The position numbers were made by a program, and so were the translations under genes. 64,000 bases of DNA from Hyunsoonleella sp. 2307UL5-6 (lineage in GTDB: Bacteria; Bacteroidota; Bacteroidia; Flavobacteriales; Flavobacteriaceae), in NCBI RefSeq assembly GCF_047345485.1, contig NZ_JBLFEN010000005.1, positions 14,142 to 78,141 of the forward strand, given 5' to 3'. Shown here one piece after another: positions 36,001 through 46,907 of the stretch. The notes under the pieces are model-generated. The model was not told the DNA's origin and did no database searches. It saw nothing but the letters and a program-made list of their open reading frames with translations. Each line of letters begins with the position of its first letter. Position 1 is the first letter of the stretch.

Positions 36001-36588
36001 TTAATCCTTTTGCATCAATTTAGCAACATACTTACCTAAAACATCAAACTCTAAATTAACTTTTGTTCCTTTTTTAAAGTTTTTAAAGTTAGTATTTTCA
36101 TATGTATAAGGTATTATTGCTACACTAAAAGTATTTTTTCCAGAATTAATTACTGTTAAACTTGTACCATTTACAGTAATAGAACCTTTCTCTATAGTTA
36201 GGTTGTTTAAACTAGCATCATATTCAAAAGAAAAATACCAACTGCCTTCAGCATTTTTAATATCTGTACATATAGCCGTTTGGTCCACATGCCCCTGTAC
36301 AATATGTCCATCTAGTCTATCGCCTAACTTCATGGCGCGTTCTATATTTACTTCATCTCCAACCTGTAGTGTGTTTAAACTCGTTTTAGCCAAGGTTTCG
36401 TTAATCGCCGTAACAGTATACTCATCACCATTTATCTTTACCACGGTTAAACAAACCCCATTATGCGCAACACTTTGGTCTATTTTTAATTCGCTTGTAA
36501 TATTGCTTTTTATAGATATATGAAGATTATCTTGTTCTTTTTCTAAATGCGTTACAGTCGCAAGAGACTCAATAATTCCCGTAAACAT
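36001..36588 (-). CDS. ribE: riboflavin synthase alpha subunit
   Basis: MFTGIIE start and duplicated Lum-binding half-domains (NGVCLTV ... NGTSLTV). 195 aa. Confidence 0.85.
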   Translation of the reverse strand: MFTGIIESLATVTHLEKEQDNLHISIKSNITSELKIDQSVAHNGVCLTVVKINGDEYTVTAINETLAKTSLNTLQVGDEVNIERAMKLGDRLDGHIVQGHVDQTAICTDIKNAEGSWYFSFEYDASLNNLTIEKGSITVNGTSLTVINSGKNTFSVAIIPYTYENTNFKNFKKGTKVNLEFDVLGKYVAKLMQKD

Positions 36589-36723
36589 AGTATTATGTGT
36601 TTATTTGGTTAAATTTGCACAACCAAAAGTACATGAAATTTTTTCATTTTTATATTTTTAAAATATGAAATGAAATAAATAATATTCGTTAAAAAAGTGA
36701 ATGGTGAAGTATGCTATTCTTAA

Positions 36724-37836
36724 ATGAAAAAATTTACTGTCAGTACAATAAAATTACAAACAAAAGTTAGACTATTGATGAAGCATCAAGAAAAAATTGT
36801 AGTAGGAATATCAGTTGGAGATTTAAATGGTATAAGCGGAGAAATTATTTTAAAAACCTTTGAAGATTCTAGAATTTTAGAATTGTGTACGCCAGTAATT
36901 TTTGCATCAATTAAGGTGATGAGTTTTTTTAAAAATCACTTTAAATCATCTATAGACTTTAATAGCATTCACGATATAAAAAGTATAAAAGAAGGTAAAG
37001 TAAATGTGCTTAATTGTTGGAAAGAGCCTGTAACTATTACCTTTGGTAAAGAAGACACTAAAATAGGCGAATATGCTTTAAAATCTTTAGAAGCTGCTAC
37101 AAGCGCTCTAAAACAAGAACAAATTGATGTTTTGGTGACAGCGCCAATTAATAAACACAATATACAGTCTGAGGCATTTACATTTCCTGGGCATACAGAT
37201 TATTTAGCAAAAGAGTTGGGTGGTAATAGTTTAATGTTTATGGTAACAGATACTTTAAAAGTTGGGCTTTTAACAGATCATGTTCCTGTTAAAGAAGTAA
37301 CACAACATATAACAGAAGCGCTTATTACAGAAAAAATAAATACCGTATACAATACTCTAAAAAAGGATTTTAAAATTATAAAGCCTAAAATTGCCGTTTT
37401 AGGGATCAATCCACACACAGGAGATAACGGAGTTATTGGTAGCGAAGATGATGCTATAATGCGACCAACTTTAAAAAAAATAAAAGAAGCCGGCAAGTTA
37501 GTTTATGGCCCATATGCTGCAGATAGTTTTTTTGGATCTAATAATTATAAAAATTTTGATGCGATAATTGCCACATATCATGACCAAGGTTTAATTCCAT
37601 TTAAAACATTATCCTTTGGTCAAGGCGTTAATTTTACAGCAGGATTAACACGAGTTAGAACATCTCCAGACCATGGTACAGCTTTTGAAATAGCAGGAAA
37701 AGGAGTAGCAGATGCAGGATCCTTTAAAGAAGCCTTATTTACGGGAATTCAAATTTATAGAAACCGAATTGATTTTGAAGAACTTACAGCAAACCCTTTA
37801 AAAAAACAACCTAGAAAAGTAGGAGTGAAAAAATAA
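36724..37836 (+). CDS. pdxA: 4-hydroxythreonine-4-phosphate dehydrogenase
   Basis: FTFPGHTDYLA and other PdxA motifs. The likely true start is M at 36778 (MKHQEKIVVGISVGD), giving 352 aa. Confidence 0.85.
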   Translation: MKKFTVSTIKLQTKVRLLMKHQEKIVVGISVGDLNGISGEIILKTFEDSRILELCTPVIFASIKVMSFFKNHFKSSIDFNSIHDIKSIKEGKVNVLNCWKEPVTITFGKEDTKIGEYALKSLEAATSALKQEQIDVLVTAPINKHNIQSEAFTFPGHTDYLAKELGGNSLMFMVTDTLKVGLLTDHVPVKEVTQHITEALITEKINTVYNTLKKDFKIIKPKIAVLGINPHTGDNGVIGSEDDAIMRPTLKKIKEAGKLVYGPYAADSFFGSNNYKNFDAIIATYHDQGLIPFKTLSFGQGVNFTAGLTRVRTSPDHGTAFEIAGKGVADAGSFKEALFTGIQIYRNRIDFEELTANPLKKQPRKVGVKK

Positions 37837-37893
37837 TATTATCACTGTTGCCCTAAGCTAAAAAATTTATATATTTGCAGGCTCAAAATAGAT

Positions 37894-38436
37894 GTGATCA
37901 TGAAGCCAATGAAAGAATATGCTATCTCATTCGTGGGGTTAAAGGTTGGAAATCACAATTTTGAGTATAAGATAGACCAAACGTTCTTTGATTATTTTGA
38001 GTATGAAGATTTTAATAATGTAGCTATCAAAGTTGATGTTCTTTTGAATAAAAAAGCAACATTACTTGAATTACATTTTGAAATTACTGGACACGTAAAC
38101 ATTAATTGCGATGTAACAAATGAGCCTTACAATCAAAACCTCGAAAATAGTTTTGATTTAGTGGTAAAATTTGGACAAGAATATAACGACGAAAATATAG
38201 ATATTCTCATCCTACCACATGGAGAGTATGAAGTTAATATCCAGCAATATATTTACGAGCTTATTGTGCTTGCAATTCCTGCTAAACGTATTCATCCAGG
38301 CGTTGAAGATGGCACATTAAATTCTGAAATACTTGAAAAACTTGAAGAATTAAGTCCTAAAGAAAAAAAAGAAAAAACAGACAAGGATATAGATCCGCGT
38401 TGGAATACATTAAAGAAATTATTAACGGATAAATAA
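37894..38436 (+). CDS. yceD: YceD/DUF177 family protein (23S rRNA accumulation protein)
   Basis: 180 aa. Conserved position directly upstream of rpmF. Confidence 0.7.
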   Translation: MIMKPMKEYAISFVGLKVGNHNFEYKIDQTFFDYFEYEDFNNVAIKVDVLLNKKATLLELHFEITGHVNINCDVTNEPYNQNLENSFDLVVKFGQEYNDENIDILILPHGEYEVNIQQYIYELIVLAIPAKRIHPGVEDGTLNSEILEKLEELSPKEKKEKTDKDIDPRWNTLKKLLTDK

Positions 38437-38444
38437 TATAAAAA

Positions 38445-38648
38445 ATGGCACATCCTAAAAGAAAAATCTCTAAAACAAGAAGAGATAAAAGAAGAACACA
38501 TTACAAAGCAACTGCGCCACAGATTGCTACATGCCCTACTACAGGAGAAGCGCATTTATACCACAGAGCACATTGGCATGAAGGAAAATTATACTACAGA
38601 GGTCAGGTGCTTGTAGACAACTCTGAAGAAGCTGAAAACTTAGCATAA
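38445..38648 (+). CDS. rpmF: 50S ribosomal protein L32
   Basis: [19 protein letters not shown] start typical of L32. Confidence 0.9.
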   Translation: MAHPKRKISKTRRDKRRTHYKATAPQIATCPTTGEAHLYHRAHWHEGKLYYRGQVLVDNSEEAENLA

Positions 38649-38828
38649 GTATTATGCATGCATATAACAAAACGCTCCCTTGTGGGCGTTTTTTTTGTGA
38701 TATGCATTTATAAATTGCAAAAAAGCCTTAATTTGCTCTGTATTTGTTCAAAATTCCCTATTTTTCACCAAAATTGGTCAATTATTGATTCAATAAGAGC
38801 GTTTTTCGTTCAAATTTGTTAAAAAAGT

Positions 38829-39833
38829 ATGAGTAAAATCTCAGCAGCAATCACCGCAGTGGGAGCTTATGTTCCAGAATACGTATTAACCAATCAAATT
38901 CTTGAAACTATGGTTGATACTAATGATGAATGGATTACATCACGTACTGGCATAAAAGAACGTCGCATTCTCAAAGAAGACGGTAAAGGCACATCGTACC
39001 TTGCTATAAAAGCTGCACAAAATCTTATTGAAAAAAACGGACTAGACCCAAAGGATATAGAACTTGTAATTGTAGCTACCGCAACACCAGATATGAAAGC
39101 CGCTTCTACAGCATCTTATACAGCTTCTGAGATTGGTGCAACAAATGCATTTTCTTTTGATATGGATGCTGCATGTTCTAGCTTTTTATATGGCATGTCT
39201 GTAGCATCAACTTATATAGAATCTGGCCGTTATAAAAATGTACTATTAATAGGAGCAGATAAAATGTCGTCTATCATCAACTATAAAGATAGAGCCACAT
39301 GCATTATTTTTGGAGATGGTGCTGGTGCTGTTTTGTTCGAGCCTACTACTGAAGATTTAGGTCTTAAAGACGAATATTTAAGAAGCGATGGTACTGGTCG
39401 TGATTTTTTACAAGCTACGTATGGTGGTTCTTCATTTGCCTTAACACCTGAAGTTTTAGATAAAGGTGGGCATTACGCATTTCAAGAAGGTAGAACCGTA
39501 TTTAAAAATGCCGTATTTAATATGGCAGATGCAGCTGCTAAAGTTTTAGAAAGAAATAACCTTGATAAAGACTCTGTAGATTGGTTAGCAGCACATCAAG
39601 CTAATAAACGTATTATTGATGCTACTGCGCAACGCATAGATTTAGACGAAAGTAAAGTGATGATAAATATTCATAAATATGGAAATACAACATCAGCTAC
39701 TTTACCGTTACTTATAAACGATTACGAATCGCAACTTAAAAAAGGCGATAACATTATATTTGCTGCCTTTGGTGGTGGCTTTAATTGGGGTGCCATTTAT
39801 TTAAAATGGGCCTATAATTCTAATAAAAACTAA
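38829..39833 (+). CDS. fabH: 3-oxoacyl-ACP synthase III
   Basis: KAS III thiolase fold with active-site Cys in DMDAACSSFLYG, plus H and N regions (AHQANKRI, GNTTSATLP). Confidence 0.9.
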   Translation: MSKISAAITAVGAYVPEYVLTNQILETMVDTNDEWITSRTGIKERRILKEDGKGTSYLAIKAAQNLIEKNGLDPKDIELVIVATATPDMKAASTASYTASEIGATNAFSFDMDAACSSFLYGMSVASTYIESGRYKNVLLIGADKMSSIINYKDRATCIIFGDGAGAVLFEPTTEDLGLKDEYLRSDGTGRDFLQATYGGSSFALTPEVLDKGGHYAFQEGRTVFKNAVFNMADAAAKVLERNNLDKDSVDWLAAHQANKRIIDATAQRIDLDESKVMINIHKYGNTTSATLPLLINDYESQLKKGDNIIFAAFGGGFNWGAIYLKWAYNSNKN

Positions 39834-39857
39834 CCATTAAAACCAATAGCTGAATTT

Positions 39858-40349
39858 ATGGATTTAAAAGAGATTCAAAACTTAATCAAGTTTGTTGCTA
39901 AATCTGGAGCAAGCGAGGTTAAATTAGAAATGGATGATGTAAAAATCACCATCAGAACAGGATCAGATAACGATGCACCAGCTGTACAATATGCACCGAT
40001 TGCTGCTCCACAAATGGCACAAGCACCTGTAGCTCCAGTTGCAGAAACACCTGCCGCGGCAGAACCTGCTAAAGCAGAAACTCCTGCAGCAGCAGATGAT
40101 ACTTCAAAATACATTACAATTAAATCACCTATTATAGGAACATTTTACAGAAAGCCATCACCAGACAAACCATTGTTTGTTGAGGTAGGACAAACCATTG
40201 CCGAAGGCGATGTACTATGTGTCATTGAAGCTATGAAGCTTTTCAATGAAATAGAGTCTGAAGTTTCTGGAAAAATAGTTAAAGTTTTAGTTGATGATGC
40301 ATCTCCAGTAGAGTTCGATCAACCATTATTTTTAGTAGATCCGTCTTAA
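39858..40349 (+). CDS. accB: acetyl-CoA carboxylase biotin carboxyl carrier protein
   Basis: Ala/Pro-rich linker and the C-terminal biotinyl domain with the EAMKL motif. Confidence 0.88.
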   Translation: MDLKEIQNLIKFVAKSGASEVKLEMDDVKITIRTGSDNDAPAVQYAPIAAPQMAQAPVAPVAETPAAAEPAKAETPAAADDTSKYITIKSPIIGTFYRKPSPDKPLFVEVGQTIAEGDVLCVIEAMKLFNEIESEVSGKIVKVLVDDASPVEFDQPLFLVDPS

Positions 40350-40431
40350 TGTAAAATCACAATCTTCAAATTTCTAACTCCAAATATTTTTTTGGTTTTG
40401 TTCTTTTGAATTTTGAAAATTTTAAGAGTTT

Positions 40432-41775
40432 ATGTTTAAAAAAATATTGATTGCCAATAGAGGAGAGATCGCGCTACGCGTTATTAGAACCTGTAAAGAA
40501 ATGGGCATTAAAACGGTAGCGGTATATTCTACTGCTGATGCAGATAGTCTACACGTTAAGTTTGCTGATGAAGCGGTATGTATTGGTCCAGCACCAAGTA
40601 GCGAATCTTATTTAAAAATGTCTAACGTGATATCTGCAGCAGAAATTACTAATGCCGATGCTATTCACCCAGGATATGGTTTCCTATCAGAAAATGCTAA
40701 ATTTTCAGAAATTTGTGAAGAACATGGCATAAAATTTATTGGTGCTTCAGCTGAAATGATTGAGCGCATGGGAGATAAAGCAAATGCTAAGGCTACCATG
40801 AAAGCTGCCGGTGTACCATGTGTACCAGGAAGCGAAGGTATCATTGAAACCTTTGAAGAATGTGAAAAATTAGCTAAAAAAGCTGGCTACCCAGTAATGC
40901 TTAAAGCCAGTGCTGGTGGTGGCGGAAAAGGTATGCGAGGTGTTTTTAAAGAAGAAGACTTAAAAGATGCTTGGGATTCTGCCAGACAAGAAAGTAAAGC
41001 AGCCTTTGGTAACGACGATATGTATATGGAAAAACTCATAGAAGAGCCAAGACATATTGAAATACAAGTAGTTGGCGATTCTAACGGTAAAGCATGTCAT
41101 TTATCAGAAAGAGATTGCTCAGTGCAACGTCGTCATCAAAAATTAACCGAAGAGGTGCCATCGCCATTCATGACGCCTCAGTTGCGCAAAAAAATGGGAA
41201 AAGCAGCAGTTAAAGCTGCAGAATTTATAAAATACGAAGGTGCAGGCACCGTAGAATTTTTGGTAGATAAACACCGTAATTTCTACTTCATGGAGATGAA
41301 TACACGTATCCAAGTAGAGCACCCAATTACAGAACAAGTTATTGATTTCGATTTAATTAGAGAACAAATTCTAGTAGCAGCAGGTGTACCAATTTCAGGT
41401 AAAAATTACGATCCAAAATTACACTCTATAGAATGTCGTATCAATGCTGAAGACCCTTATAATGGGTTTAGACCATCACCAGGAAAAATCACCACATTAC
41501 ATGCTCCAGGTGGCCATGGTGTACGTTTAGATACCCACGTATACGCAGGTTATACCATACCACCAAATTACGACTCTATGATTGCAAAGTTAATAACCAC
41601 AGCGCAAACAAGAGAAGAAGCTATAAATAAGATGAAACGCGCTTTAGATGAGTTCGTTATCGAAGGTATAAAAACAACCATACCGTTCCATAGAGCATTA
41701 ATGGATCATCCAGATTATATTGCTGGAAATTATACCACCAAATTTATGGAAGATTTCGAAATGCCAAAAGCATAA
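40432..41775 (+). CDS. accC: acetyl-CoA carboxylase biotin carboxylase subunit
   Basis: ATP-grasp fold with [20 protein letters not shown] and GGGGKGMR motifs. 447 aa. Confidence 0.93.
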   Translation: MFKKILIANRGEIALRVIRTCKEMGIKTVAVYSTADADSLHVKFADEAVCIGPAPSSESYLKMSNVISAAEITNADAIHPGYGFLSENAKFSEICEEHGIKFIGASAEMIERMGDKANAKATMKAAGVPCVPGSEGIIETFEECEKLAKKAGYPVMLKASAGGGGKGMRGVFKEEDLKDAWDSARQESKAAFGNDDMYMEKLIEEPRHIEIQVVGDSNGKACHLSERDCSVQRRHQKLTEEVPSPFMTPQLRKKMGKAAVKAAEFIKYEGAGTVEFLVDKHRNFYFMEMNTRIQVEHPITEQVIDFDLIREQILVAAGVPISGKNYDPKLHSIECRINAEDPYNGFRPSPGKITTLHAPGGHGVRLDTHVYAGYTIPPNYDSMIAKLITTAQTREEAINKMKRALDEFVIEGIKTTIPFHRALMDHPDYIAGNYTTKFMEDFEMPKA

Positions 41776-41792
41776 AACGCATAAATTATAAA

Positions 41793-41821
41793 CTCCGGAA
41801 ATTTTTTTCGGAGTTTTTTTT
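41793..41821 (+). terminator. rho-independent terminator after accC
   Basis: ctccggaaatttttttcggag hairpin followed by a T8 run. Confidence 0.7.
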
Positions 41822-41874
41822 GGCGCCTGCCTACCTGCGGTATAGCAGGCAGGTTACCCAAGGGTCGGGCTTTC
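41821..41874. repeat. family-B repeat (hairpin gcctgcctacctgcggtatagcaggcagg + gggtcgggctttc)
   Basis: About 85% identical to 56345-56400. The same hairpin occurs in the pseudo-tRNA at 22795-22823. Confidence 0.8.
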
Positions 41875-41897
41875 CGCTATATCTTTTTACGAAGCAG

Positions 41898-41918
41898 TCT
41901 CGAACTTGTTTCGGGATC
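41898..41918. repeat. family-C element tctcgaacttgtttcgggatc
   Basis: Matches 14632-14651. Confidence 0.7.
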
Positions 41919-42208
41919 TCAGTAAGTCATTAACAATTATCCTTAAACATAAAATTCTGATATTTAAAGCTTCGCAAAAAAGATGCCGCTGCAATCCCTA
42001 ACACAATTATCTGCTAGATTATCGGTTTGAAATCTAAGTGACTTTATTTTTGGAGAGTTTCGTTTAACGTTTATGTATATGGAAAGTTGCGTGTTTGAGT
42101 GCGAGGATTTTCCGAAGGAAAATCAGAAGCTAGCAAACAAAGCAACTAACATTGATTAAGCACAAAACAGCAATTTTTTATACACTGTGTTGTGTGTAGT
42201 TTTTTATT

Positions 42209-42604
42209 TTAGTCAAATTCCGTTTTGTGGAATTCCAATAGTTTATCCGTGAAAATATTTATTTCTTTTTTCTCTTTTAGTTTAAAATCCGCAAACATAA
42301 TCAGTCCGAAAACAACAAACACAATCGGCAAAATCCAATTTCCTTTAATCAGGGAAATTATTGAAATCAGAATTCCGAGTCCGAGTAAAACTTTCGCTAA
42401 AATGTTCATTGGTGACTTAAAGTCAAATTTCAAATCATAATTACCTGTGTCATTCACAATTCCGATTAGTCTGTGATTGTTCGGGAATCGATTCCGCATT
42501 AATTCAAACTTTTCAGTTCCGATATATCCATTATAGAATCCGTTCACAATTAACTTGTTCAGAATCCTTAAATTTTTATCACTTTTGGTTATCGTTTGTC
42601 TCAT
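42209..42604 (-). CDS. hypothetical membrane protein
   Basis: 131 aa with two C-terminal TM helices. Confidence 0.45.
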   Translation of the reverse strand: MRQTITKSDKNLRILNKLIVNGFYNGYIGTEKFELMRNRFPNNHRLIGIVNDTGNYDLKFDFKSPMNILAKVLLGLGILISIISLIKGNWILPIVFVVFGLIMFADFKLKEKKEINIFTDKLLEFHKTEFD

Positions 42605-42837
42605 TCCTCAAATTACACACAACGGTTTATCGGATATACGTCCGTTTCAATGACTTATATCTGAAGTTAAACGAAGTTATATTTTTTTTCTGACAAAGTC
42701 AAGTAATAACTATACTTTCACTAAAATCACACAAAAATATATAGTTACACCTAATCTCAAAATAAATCAGTTATTTAGCTATATATTTTAAAGAATAATC
42801 AGCATTAATTAATGATGTAACAATCCTAAAAAAGTAG

Positions 42838-43287
42838 ATGTCTGTAAAACAAGAGTTATACCAACAATGCGAAGCTATTTTAAACCAACGTTTAAAAACC
42901 ATACAGCACACCATTGCAGATATTCAACATTCATTATTGTCTGAAACTAAAAGTAGTGCTGGCGATAAGCATGAAACGGGTCGTGCTATGTTACAACTAG
43001 AACGCGAAAAGGCAGGACAACAATTAGCTGAATTACAAACTCAAATAAAAATTTTACAAAAAGTAAACCCAGAACAATCGCATCAAAATGTAGCACTGGG
43101 AAGTGTTGTAAAAACCTCTGTATCCAACTATTTTATCTCCGTTAGTGTTGGAGAAATTAAAGCAAATAATCAATCGTTTTATGGAATTTCGGCAGCAACA
43201 CCTATCGGCAAACTCCTTTTGTCTAAACGCATAGGCGACACTATTACCTTTAGGTCGCAAAACTTCACAATTCTAGAAATTGAATAA
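42838..43287 (+). CDS. GreA/GreB-family domain protein (putative transcription factor)
   Basis: N-terminal coiled coil. The C-terminal FKBP-like segment GSVVKTSV...ISAATPIGKLLLSKRIGDTITF resembles the GreA C-terminal domain. Confidence 0.55.
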   Translation: MSVKQELYQQCEAILNQRLKTIQHTIADIQHSLLSETKSSAGDKHETGRAMLQLEREKAGQQLAELQTQIKILQKVNPEQSHQNVALGSVVKTSVSNYFISVSVGEIKANNQSFYGISAATPIGKLLLSKRIGDTITFRSQNFTILEIE

Positions 43288-43335
43288 AAAAGTAGAATTA
43301 CTTGATACTTTTTGTGTAACTTAAACCACAAAAAC

Positions 43336-43863
43336 ATGAAGTACTACATTTTTCTTGTCATTATGGTATGTTGTATGCCATTTGTTATGGCGCAACAAAC
43401 ATCTAGTATCGATTTTGTGATTAAAAACGTAGGGATAAGTGTAGATGGATATTTTAATGCATTTAATGTTTCTTCAAAATTTGATACAGCAAATAAATTA
43501 ATAGATATAAGCGGTAATGTAACAGTAAAATCCATCATAACTGGAATTGAAAGTCGCGATGAACATTTGTTAGAGGAAGAATATTTTAATGCTAAAACTT
43601 ATCCTTTAATAAGTTTACAAACTATCACTCTAAAACAAACATCCTCAAATAGATACACTGCAACAGTTGATGTAACAATTAAAGATAAAACCAAACGCAT
43701 AACTATTCCATTAACGGTTGAATATTCTGAATCCTCACGAAAAGTAACCTCAGAATTTGAGATTAACCGAAGAGATTTTGGAGTTGGCGGACGCAGTTTT
43801 GTGATGAGTAATACCGTAAAAATTAGTGTAGTTCACATTGAAAAAATTAATGGGGATAACTAA
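43336..43863 (+). CDS. YceI-family lipid/polyisoprenoid-binding protein (secreted)
   Basis: Signal peptide then a YceI-like beta-barrel (ESRDEHL..., EFEINRRDFGV). The ORF track extends the start to 43312. Confidence 0.7.
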   Translation: MKYYIFLVIMVCCMPFVMAQQTSSIDFVIKNVGISVDGYFNAFNVSSKFDTANKLIDISGNVTVKSIITGIESRDEHLLEEEYFNAKTYPLISLQTITLKQTSSNRYTATVDVTIKDKTKRITIPLTVEYSESSRKVTSEFEINRRDFGVGGRSFVMSNTVKISVVHIEKINGDN

Positions 43864-44983
43864 AACAGACATTGTTGTAATTGGCGGCGGTTTAGCAGGA
43901 TTAACAAGTGCTATACATTTAGCAAAAGCAAAATACAAGGTATTACTTATTGAGAAAAACAACTACCCTAAACATAAAGTTTGCGGAGAATATATCTCAA
44001 ACGAAGTAGTACCATATCTTAATTATTTGGGTTTTGATCCTTTTAAATTTGGCGCAAAACGCATTTCTAAATTCGAACTTACCACACACAATAATAAACG
44101 TATAACAGCAAAATTACCGCTCGGTGGTTTTGGGATGAGCCGTTATGCCATGGATTTTCGGTTGTATCAATTGGCGGTACAAAACGGTGTTGAGATACTT
44201 CAAGATACTGTAACTAATGTAGTTTTTAATAGTAATAGATTTCAAGTTGAGACAACAACAAACGCAATATTTCAATCTAAAATTGTGATTGGTGCTTTCG
44301 GAAAACGCTCAAATTTAGATGTACAATTACAAAGGCCATTTATAAAAAAGAAGTCGCCTTATTTAGGCGTAAAAATTCATGTTTCAGGGGATTTTCCAGA
44401 AGATAAAGTAGCATTACATAATTTTAAAGGTGGCTATTGTGGGGTGTCTAAAGTTGAGAATAATCACATTAATTTGTGTTATATCACAGACTTTTCAGCA
44501 TTTAAAAAATTTAAAGATATTGATGTGTTTCAAAAAGAAATACTTTTTAAAAATAAAGCACTACAAGCAATTTTTAACAACACGACACCAGAGTTTGAGA
44601 AACCGATAACTATTAGTCAAATTTCATTTGAAACCAAACAACCTGTAGAACAACATATGATAATGTGTGGTGATACCGCGGGCATGATACATCCGTTATG
44701 CGGCAATGGTATGGGTATGGCAATTCGGAGCGCACATTTGGCATCAAAGCTAATAATTGAGTATCTTCAAGGAAAAATTGAAACACGAGCTATTTTAGAG
44801 CAGCGTTATACAAAAGCTTGGAAAAAAACCTTTAGTTTAAGACTAAAAGCAGGACATACTATTGCCTATTTATTTAGGCAAAATTGGTTAGCGCCAAAAT
44901 TATTGGTAATGCTTGCGGTATTTCCGTTTCTAGTGCCAATAATTATCAAAATGACTCATGGAAAACCTATGGTAGCAGACTAA
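43838..44983 (+). CDS. FAD-dependent oxidoreductase (flavoprotein monooxygenase / geranylgeranyl-reductase-like; SrsC-like role)
   Basis: GxGxxG dinucleotide fold DIVVIGGGLAGLTSAIHLA, GD motif CGDTAGMIHP. 381 aa. Confidence 0.85.
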   Translation: MKKLMGITKTDIVVIGGGLAGLTSAIHLAKAKYKVLLIEKNNYPKHKVCGEYISNEVVPYLNYLGFDPFKFGAKRISKFELTTHNNKRITAKLPLGGFGMSRYAMDFRLYQLAVQNGVEILQDTVTNVVFNSNRFQVETTTNAIFQSKIVIGAFGKRSNLDVQLQRPFIKKKSPYLGVKIHVSGDFPEDKVALHNFKGGYCGVSKVENNHINLCYITDFSAFKKFKDIDVFQKEILFKNKALQAIFNNTTPEFEKPITISQISFETKQPVEQHMIMCGDTAGMIHPLCGNGMGMAIRSAHLASKLIIEYLQGKIETRAILEQRYTKAWKKTFSLRLKAGHTIAYLFRQNWLAPKLLVMLAVFPFLVPIIIKMTHGKPMVAD

Positions 44984-44986
44984 AAA

Positions 44987-45017
44987 GACCTCACAGGTTT
45001 TAAAAACCTGTGAGGTC
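44987..45017. repeat. family-A palindromic element (perfect copy)
   Basis: gacctcacaggttttaaaaacctgtgaggtc. Lies between the oxidoreductase and methyltransferase genes. Confidence 0.85.
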
Positions 45018-45075
45018 TATAAAACTAAATAATTTGTTTATAAATACCACACATAGAAGTAACAAAGCTGAAATT

Positions 45076-45738
45076 ATGGACGATTTTTCCATGAAAGGTG
45101 AACTACTACGCGATACTCTGGATAAACTAGGCAGTATAAACAAATGGCTTGGTGGTAATCGGGTAACTTTAGATGGTATTGCACAACTATTAAAACCCTA
45201 CTCAAAAGACAAAATATACACTATTATAGATCTAGGTTGCGGCCATGGTGATATCCTTAGGTTGGTTGCTGATTATGGTCGTAAAAGTGGATTTCAGTTC
45301 AAACTAATTGGTATAGATGCCAATCAAGATGCGATTGATTATGCTAATGAATTATCGGTAGATTATCCTGAAATCAGCTTTCAAAATCTCGATATTTTTT
45401 CAACAGCATTTCAAAATATAGATTACGACATAGCACTCACCACCTTGTTTTTACATCATTTTAAAAATGAAGACATTATAAATCTTTTAAAAAATATAGC
45501 ACGCAAAGCGAAATTAGGGATTGTTGTGAACGACTTACACCGAAGCAAGATCGCTTACGGTCTTTTTAAATTGTTAAGCTTAGTGATTACTAATGATATG
45601 ATTGTACAAGATGGGTTAACCTCTATTCTCAGAGCTTTTAAACGAACTGATTTAGAACAGCTATCTCAAACCTTAAATTTTAAATCAAAAATCCGTTGGA
45701 AATGGGCATTCCGTTACCAATGGTTAATACACACATAA
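45076..45738 (+). CDS. class I SAM-dependent methyltransferase (SrsB-like role)
   Basis: Motif I IIDLGCGHGD. The start is taken at MDDFSMKGE because the longer ORF (45010) runs through the palindromic repeat. The stop is immediately followed by the PKS ATG. Confidence 0.8.
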   Translation: MDDFSMKGELLRDTLDKLGSINKWLGGNRVTLDGIAQLLKPYSKDKIYTIIDLGCGHGDILRLVADYGRKSGFQFKLIGIDANQDAIDYANELSVDYPEISFQNLDIFSTAFQNIDYDIALTTLFLHHFKNEDIINLLKNIARKAKLGIVVNDLHRSKIAYGLFKLLSLVITNDMIVQDGLTSILRAFKRTDLEQLSQTLNFKSKIRWKWAFRYQWLIHT

Positions 45739-46791
45739 ATGGCAGTAAAAATAACGGCGGTGGCAAAACAATTGCCCCAATATACACGAGAAACTAAAGA
45801 TATTCTGCCTTTTGTAGAGCTTTGGCTTGACGGTCAAGAGGAGCGCTTTAAACGCAAAGTGCTAAAAATTTTTGAAAACGCAGCTGTTGATAAGCGCTAC
45901 TCTATCATGAGTCCTGAAGAGGTTTTCTTAAACACTTCTTTTGAAGAAAAAAATGATATTTATACGCGTGAAAGTATCAAACTTGCAGAAAAAAGCGTTA
46001 CAAAAGCATTAAATAAAGCCCAACTGAAACCTACTGATATTGATTATATTATTACAGTAAGTTGTACTGGAATTATGATTCCGTCTTTAGATGCATATCT
46101 TATTAATAGTTTAAAGATGAAACAGGATATTGTAAGACTTCCAGTAACCGAAATGGGTTGTGCTGCAGGCGTATCTGGTGTTATTTATGCAAAGAATTTT
46201 TTAAAAGCAAACCCGAATAAACGCGCTATAGTAGTGGCGGTAGAATCGCCAACGGCAACCTTTCAATTAGAAGATTATTCTATGGTGAATATAGTGAGTG
46301 CTGCCATTTTTGGTGATGGTTGTGCGAGTGTTATTTTATCCTCTTATAAGAATGAAATTGGTCCCGAAATTAAAGATGAAGCCATGTATCATTTTTATGA
46401 TGCGAATCACATGATGGGTTTTAAACTGCGCAATACGGGCTTACAAATGGTGTTGGACCAAACGGTGCCGCAAACCATAGCAGACCATTTCCCTAATATT
46501 ATTCATCCGTTTTTAGAGCAAAACCATTTAACTATTGAAGATATTGACCATTTAGTATTTCACCCAGGTGGAAAAAAAATTGTGCAAACCGTGGAGGATT
46601 TATTTGGAGATTTAGGTAAAAATATAGACGACACAAAGGAGGTGTTACGATTATATGGTAATATGAGTAGCGCCACAGTATTATACGTTTTAGAACGTTT
46701 TATGGATAGAAATTTACCCAAAGGCGATAAAGGTATTATGTTAAGTTTTGGACCTGGGTTTTCGGCGCAACGTGTGTTATTAGAGTGGTAG
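45739..46791 (+). CDS. type III polyketide synthase (chalcone-synthase superfamily; alkylresorcinol/alkylpyrone synthase-like)
   Basis: Cys-His-Asn triad contexts MGCAAGVSG, HPGGKKIV and GNMSSATVLYVLE, plus the SFGPGFS C-terminal motif. 350 aa. Confidence 0.88.
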   Translation: MAVKITAVAKQLPQYTRETKDILPFVELWLDGQEERFKRKVLKIFENAAVDKRYSIMSPEEVFLNTSFEEKNDIYTRESIKLAEKSVTKALNKAQLKPTDIDYIITVSCTGIMIPSLDAYLINSLKMKQDIVRLPVTEMGCAAGVSGVIYAKNFLKANPNKRAIVVAVESPTATFQLEDYSMVNIVSAAIFGDGCASVILSSYKNEIGPEIKDEAMYHFYDANHMMGFKLRNTGLQMVLDQTVPQTIADHFPNIIHPFLEQNHLTIEDIDHLVFHPGGKKIVQTVEDLFGDLGKNIDDTKEVLRLYGNMSSATVLYVLERFMDRNLPKGDKGIMLSFGPGFSAQRVLLEW

Positions 46792-46844
46792 TAAAAATGT
46801 GTGAGTATTATGCTGAACTTGTTTTAGTATATCATATTGTGAAA

Positions 46845-46875
46845 GACCTCACAGGTTTTTAAAACCTGTGAGGTC
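46845..46875. repeat. family-A palindromic element
   Basis: gacctcacaggtttttaaaacctgtgaggtc. Lies between the PKS and enoyl reductase genes. Confidence 0.85.
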
Positions 46876-46907
46876 TCAGAAACAAAAAAGTATTTTAGAA
46901 AAGAAGC

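Noticed and set aside
45010-45075. A longer start for the methyltransferase gene (MRSIKLNNLF...).
   Set aside because: The extension is read through the family-A palindromic repeat at 44987-45017. Homologous methyltransferases begin at MDDF...
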